A program made the translations under genes and the position numbers. Below, piece after piece: positions 60,216 through 64,000 of a stretch of 64,000 nucleotides of DNA. Source of the DNA: an uncultured bacterium (GTDB lineage: Bacteria > Chlamydiota > Chlamydiia > Chlamydiales > SM23-39); NCBI GenBank assembly GCA_963716985.1, contig OY970323.1, forward strand, positions 1,760,001 to 1,824,000. The letters are read 5' to 3'. Under the pieces are notes generated by a model, which did no database searches, had not been told where the DNA came from, and was given only the letters and a program-made list of their open reading frames with translations. The first letter of the stretch is position 1, and each line of letters opens with the position of its first letter.

Positions 60216-62060
60216 ATGAAACGGGCGTTGTTATTGTTCCTTCTTTTTGCCGCACGGGCAATGACAAGCCCTGTCCCTATCATTGTAGATTCCTATTCTA
60301 CGCACGATTTCTTAGGAACAAGCAGCGCTCAAGGAACGTCTATAGCCATCACCCTCGGCTCCACTTTGAACTTCCAAGACTCAAGCAATGCAGGAAATGC
60401 CGCCATCAGCACTAGCAACGATTCGTTTCTTAATTTTGAGCAGACAATCGCAACCACCTATTCCGGACAGTTGATGGGAAGCGGCTCCGTGACCAAAAAT
60501 GGCACGGGAACTTTGACGATGACGGGCAACAACTCGGGATTCCCGGGCCCTCTGTTTGTTCAGACAGGCACGCTCATTCTTGACGGTTCCTATGGAGGAA
60601 CAGTTACAGGATCTCCTTCTTCCACGATTATTTATGGCGGTCCGATTTCGGGAGATCTGCATGTAAACGGGACCATTACGACAACCGGCCTGAATACCCT
60701 TTCGGTTGCCGGAAATTACTTTCAGACAGCAAACGGCACGTACATCGCCAATATCAGCGCTTCCGGACAAAGCAGCCTGATCCATATCGCTCAAGCAGCC
60801 AATATTGCCGGCTTCGTTCAAATCGATGCATCAAGAGGAAGCCTCCTAAACCACACCTATCCAATTCTTCATGCAAATAGCGGCGTTACCGGAACCTATC
60901 AACTGATCAATCCCTACCCATTGCTCCAAGCATTCATTTCCTATGATGCCAATGACGTCTACCTGTCATTTATCAACAACATTGAAGCCGCTGCAGTGAC
61001 TCCCAATGAAAAAAACGTGGCCCAGCAGTTCAATCAATTAGTGCCGACTCTTCCCGATGAGCTCGTGCTTCTGAGCGCACTCCTTGTATTACCAATCCCT
61101 GAAGCAGCGGCCGCCTTGAATCAACTCTCCGGAGAGCAATATTCCAACTTTATTTTAGCGACTCTTTACGATAGCAGCAGATTCAATCGAAGAATCTATC
61201 GCTCCTGCCGCGATGCCATCTACCCTTGCGTCAATATTTGCGATACCGTCACTCCTTGGATCCGTTTAGGGGGAAGCAAAGGTGTTCAAAAAAGCGATCG
61301 GACGACTGCAGGCTTTCATTTTTCAACGATTGATATGAGCGCAGGGATGCACTCTTGTCTCAACAACTCTTGGCTCCTCGGCGGATCGCTCGGATATAAC
61401 GCCGACTTTATCCACCCGGACCTACATGGAAAACCAACCCTCAATACAGCCAGCGCTGCCATCTACTCACTGTTTCAAGTGAAGCGAGTCTTTCTCTTAT
61501 CAGATCTAATCGGCGCAAGAAGCTGGAGCGATTGCAAACGTCCCATTCAGTTTGGCTCGATCCACAGATTTGCCCATAGCCACCCTCGTATCTCCTATGG
61601 AAGGTTCGATCTGCAAATCGGCCTGGATGTCGGCAGCTGCCCGTTTCATCTACAACCCTACCTTGAGGGAAGCTACGAACTCTACCACCAACAGAAAATT
61701 CATGAACATGGAGCAGAATCTGCGAACCTCTTGATCTCTCCCATCACCAGAGGGCTAATGAGCAATCAGCTCGGCCTTCATTTCGGCACAAACCGCAGCA
61801 AAAAGCTTTCGCTTGATTTTGATCTGTCCTGGAAACATTACTATGGCCGTTTGCGAATGAGCGAAACGACTCGTTTTAAAGATTTTGGGACCCCTTTTGT
61901 GATTCAGGGCCCGAAGCATGGGGCGGACGGAGCCGTGGGCTCTCTCTACTTCTCTAATTCCATTGAAAGTTCTTGGGGTGTCTATTTGGGCGCCGAGGGG
62001 GAGCTTTGGAAACATTGGTATGATTACGATATTAATGGAGGCGTTAGCTATCGATGGTAA
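60216..62060 (+). CDS. autotransporter with passenger-associated transport repeat
   Basis: Signal peptide, VTKNGTGTLTMTGNN, ALNQLSGE, beta-barrel ending YRW. Confidence 0.87.
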   Translation: MKRALLLFLLFAARAMTSPVPIIVDSYSTHDFLGTSSAQGTSIAITLGSTLNFQDSSNAGNAAISTSNDSFLNFEQTIATTYSGQLMGSGSVTKNGTGTLTMTGNNSGFPGPLFVQTGTLILDGSYGGTVTGSPSSTIIYGGPISGDLHVNGTITTTGLNTLSVAGNYFQTANGTYIANISASGQSSLIHIAQAANIAGFVQIDASRGSLLNHTYPILHANSGVTGTYQLINPYPLLQAFISYDANDVYLSFINNIEAAAVTPNEKNVAQQFNQLVPTLPDELVLLSALLVLPIPEAAAALNQLSGEQYSNFILATLYDSSRFNRRIYRSCRDAIYPCVNICDTVTPWIRLGGSKGVQKSDRTTAGFHFSTIDMSAGMHSCLNNSWLLGGSLGYNADFIHPDLHGKPTLNTASAAIYSLFQVKRVFLLSDLIGARSWSDCKRPIQFGSIHRFAHSHPRISYGRFDLQIGLDVGSCPFHLQPYLEGSYELYHQQKIHEHGAESANLLISPITRGLMSNQLGLHFGTNRSKKLSLDFDLSWKHYYGRLRMSETTRFKDFGTPFVIQGPKHGADGAVGSLYFSNSIESSWGVYLGAEGELWKHWYDYDINGGVSYRW

Positions 62061-64000
62061 AAAACCTATTCTCGCTCTTTTTTAGCTTTTTTACTTTTTT
62101 TTCTACTCACGCTCTTTGCTCTGCCACTGTCACGGCCGATCTCTCTTCCGGAACTACTCTCGGCTGGAACAACTATTCTTCTTTGGAACCTGAAGACACT
62201 CTCCAAATTATTCTGCCCGATTCTTCTGCAGAAGCAACTCTTTTTGGCAACGGGGCGATTGTGATTGCGAACCGAATCGAGTGCAACGGCAAGCTGAAAA
62301 TTTCAACTCCCCGGTCAATCATTCACAAGGGAACGATCACGGCATCTGAAGTGATTCTTGAAGCTACAACAATCATTCTGGAAGATCTCTCCGTCATCAA
62401 TGCTACTTGCAAAGACAATGGCGGCAACGTCTACATTGGAGGAGGATGGCAGGGAGCTGATGCAAACATTCAGAATGCAGAAATGGTCATGATAGAAAAG
62501 GGGGCAAAAATAGTTGCAGACGGCGGGGCAAACGGCAATGGCGGGGTGGTCGTTGTCTGGTCGGAAATTTCCACCCATTTCCAAGGCAACGTTTCTGCAA
62601 CGGGAAGGGGCTCTTTTGGTTCTGGCGGCAAGGTCGAGATCTCAAGCCGCAAATTCTTGCATTTTGATGGCAATGTAGATGTCAATGCAGAAATAGGAAA
62701 TCCGGGACGCCTTCTTTTAGACCCCGTGAGCATTACCATCCAATCGTTAAGCCCGGATATCAATGGCAACGGATCGGGATTGGATATTACGAACATCAAC
62801 CAACTCAACAACGCTACCACCACGCCTTTGGGCTTTCCCAACGCAAATAGCATCATCACGGCAGGGGCGCTAAACGGTCTATTCGTAAACAACGTAATTG
62901 CAACTCTTGCAGCGCAGACGTTCATCACCGTTAACGCAGCCATCAACACGGCAGCCACAAACGTCACTTTGACGCTCGCGAGCCCAACCGTCAACCTCAA
63001 TAGCGCCATCACGCTTGGAGCCGGAGGAACGTTAACCGGCACCGGCGTAAATACCGTGAATGTGGGCCCTTCGGGAAGTGCGCAAAACGGAATCGATATC
63101 GTCTCGACCGGAGGAGTGGTAAATTTAGCGACTGCCACCTATACCGCCCCTCTCAACATTGCGAATAATCTGATACTCAACGGAAACGGACAAGCAAATA
63201 CCACAATTCTCGTAACAGGAGCAGTTCCAAGCCATTCCAGCCGCAATCCTGCAATCTACGTCCAGGGAGGAAGTAATGTCGTAATCCAAAACCTTACTGT
63301 AGATGGAAACAATGTTGGATTTCCTACGAATGCCAATATTACCGGGATTTTTTACGTCAATGCAGGAGGAACCATTACAAATACGCATATCCTCAATATT
63401 GCAAATTCACCTACTCCTTATGGAGGCGGGCAGCAAGGCGTTGCGATACGAGTTTCTGACACTTTAGGCGGGCCATTTGTGCTCAACATCAATGCAAACA
63501 GCATCGATCACTTCCAAAAGGCAGCTATTGTAATCGATGGACCCCAAGTAACAGTCAATATGACCAACAATACAGTTACCGGCGTGGGTCCTTCAACGCC
63601 CGCTTCCATAGGAATTCAAATTTCCGACTGCACCGGCACCATATCAGCAAACACAGTCACTAATCTGGTTTATTCCGATCATCAGTCAACAGCTGCCATC
63701 CTTGCCCTCAATCCAAGTCCCAATCTAGCGATTTTAGGAAATATCATCAGCAATAGCGATGCCGGCATTGTCGTCGAAACCGCAGCAGCAGGACTCAACA
63801 TCGAAAACAACAACATACAAAATAGCGGAGATGTTGGTATTGGAGTTTACGATACGAGCGGCATCGTGCATGTTCTCTCAAATACCCTGACAAATAATGG
63901 CGGGCTTTCTGCCAATGCAAATACCGGAATCTACCTCTTTAGCAGCACAAGCCAACCATTCGACGTAACTACGAATACGATCACGCCGGCGCCGGGAACA
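62054..64000 (+). CDS. large exported beta-helix/filamentous-haemagglutinin-like protein (runs off window, not in ORF track)
   Basis: ATG 62054 MVKNLFSLFFSFF; GGNVYIGGGWQG, GGVVVVWS, GGKVEIS, LLLDP, then Asn/Thr/Ile-rich repeats. No stop seen. Confidence 0.82.
   Translation, partial: MVKNLFSLFFSFFTFFSTHALCSATVTADLSSGTTLGWNNYSSLEPEDTLQIILPDSSAEATLFGNGAIVIANRIECNGKLKISTPRSIIHKGTITASEVILEATTIILEDLSVINATCKDNGGNVYIGGGWQGADANIQNAEMVMIEKGAKIVADGGANGNGGVVVVWSEISTHFQGNVSATGRGSFGSGGKVEISSRKFLHFDGNVDVNAEIGNPGRLLLDPVSITIQSLSPDINGNGSGLDITNINQLNNATTTPLGFPNANSIITAGALNGLFVNNVIATLAAQTFITVNAAINTAATNVTLTLASPTVNLNSAITLGAGGTLTGTGVNTVNVGPSGSAQNGIDIVSTGGVVNLATATYTAPLNIANNLILNGNGQANTTILVTGAVPSHSSRNPAIYVQGGSNVVIQNLTVDGNNVGFPTNANITGIFYVNAGGTITNTHILNIANSPTPYGGGQQGVAIRVSDTLGGPFVLNINANSIDHFQKAAIVIDGPQVTVNMTNNTVTGVGPSTPASIGIQISDCTGTISANTVTNLVYSDHQSTAAILALNPSPNLAILGNIISNSDAGIVVETAAAGLNIENNNIQNSGDVGIGVYDTSGIVHVLSNTLTNNGGLSANANTGIYLFSSTSQPFDVTTNTITPAPGT

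Noticed and set aside
62470..63388. Minus-strand ORFs of 222 and 87 aa
   Set aside because: Antisense shadows of the open plus-strand gene starting at 62054.

Overview
Chromosomal window from an environmental member of the phylum Chlamydiae. This is inferred from gene content and order: ctcB-ctcC, yidD-pheT-MORN lipoprotein, rpsD-nfo, rluD-KH-tRNA-Arg-kdsA-lptB, a SET-domain protein, MOMP-like porins and F-box/LRR effectors. Core blocks alternate with accessory segments. Mobile DNA comprises a truncated IS701/IS4-like transposase, an IS5 remnant split by a 190-bp MITE, a complete DUF6399 IS with ~83-bp TIRs that interrupts a gene, an IS630-like scrap beside tRNA-Arg(TCG), a complete IS982, and a tnpA-less IscB/omegaRNA (HEARO) element. 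There are three intact tRNAs, one degenerate tRNA-like remnant and no CRISPR array. The strongest observations are: (1) the IscB element appears inserted exactly between the RBS and the ATG of an autotransporter, so the RBS would be in its guide and the start codon its TAM; (2) tandem F-box/LRR paralogues end in alternative membrane anchors (CaaX versus tail TM helix); (3) a protein carries an intact plus a dead caspase-fold-like domain; (4) two Maf-like transferases, a heptosyltransferase and an O-antigen-ligase-like protein suggest surface glycosylation beyond classical Chlamydia; (5) a sigma-54 promoter precedes a CT652.1-like gene. All family assignments come from motif recognition by eye; no searches were run.
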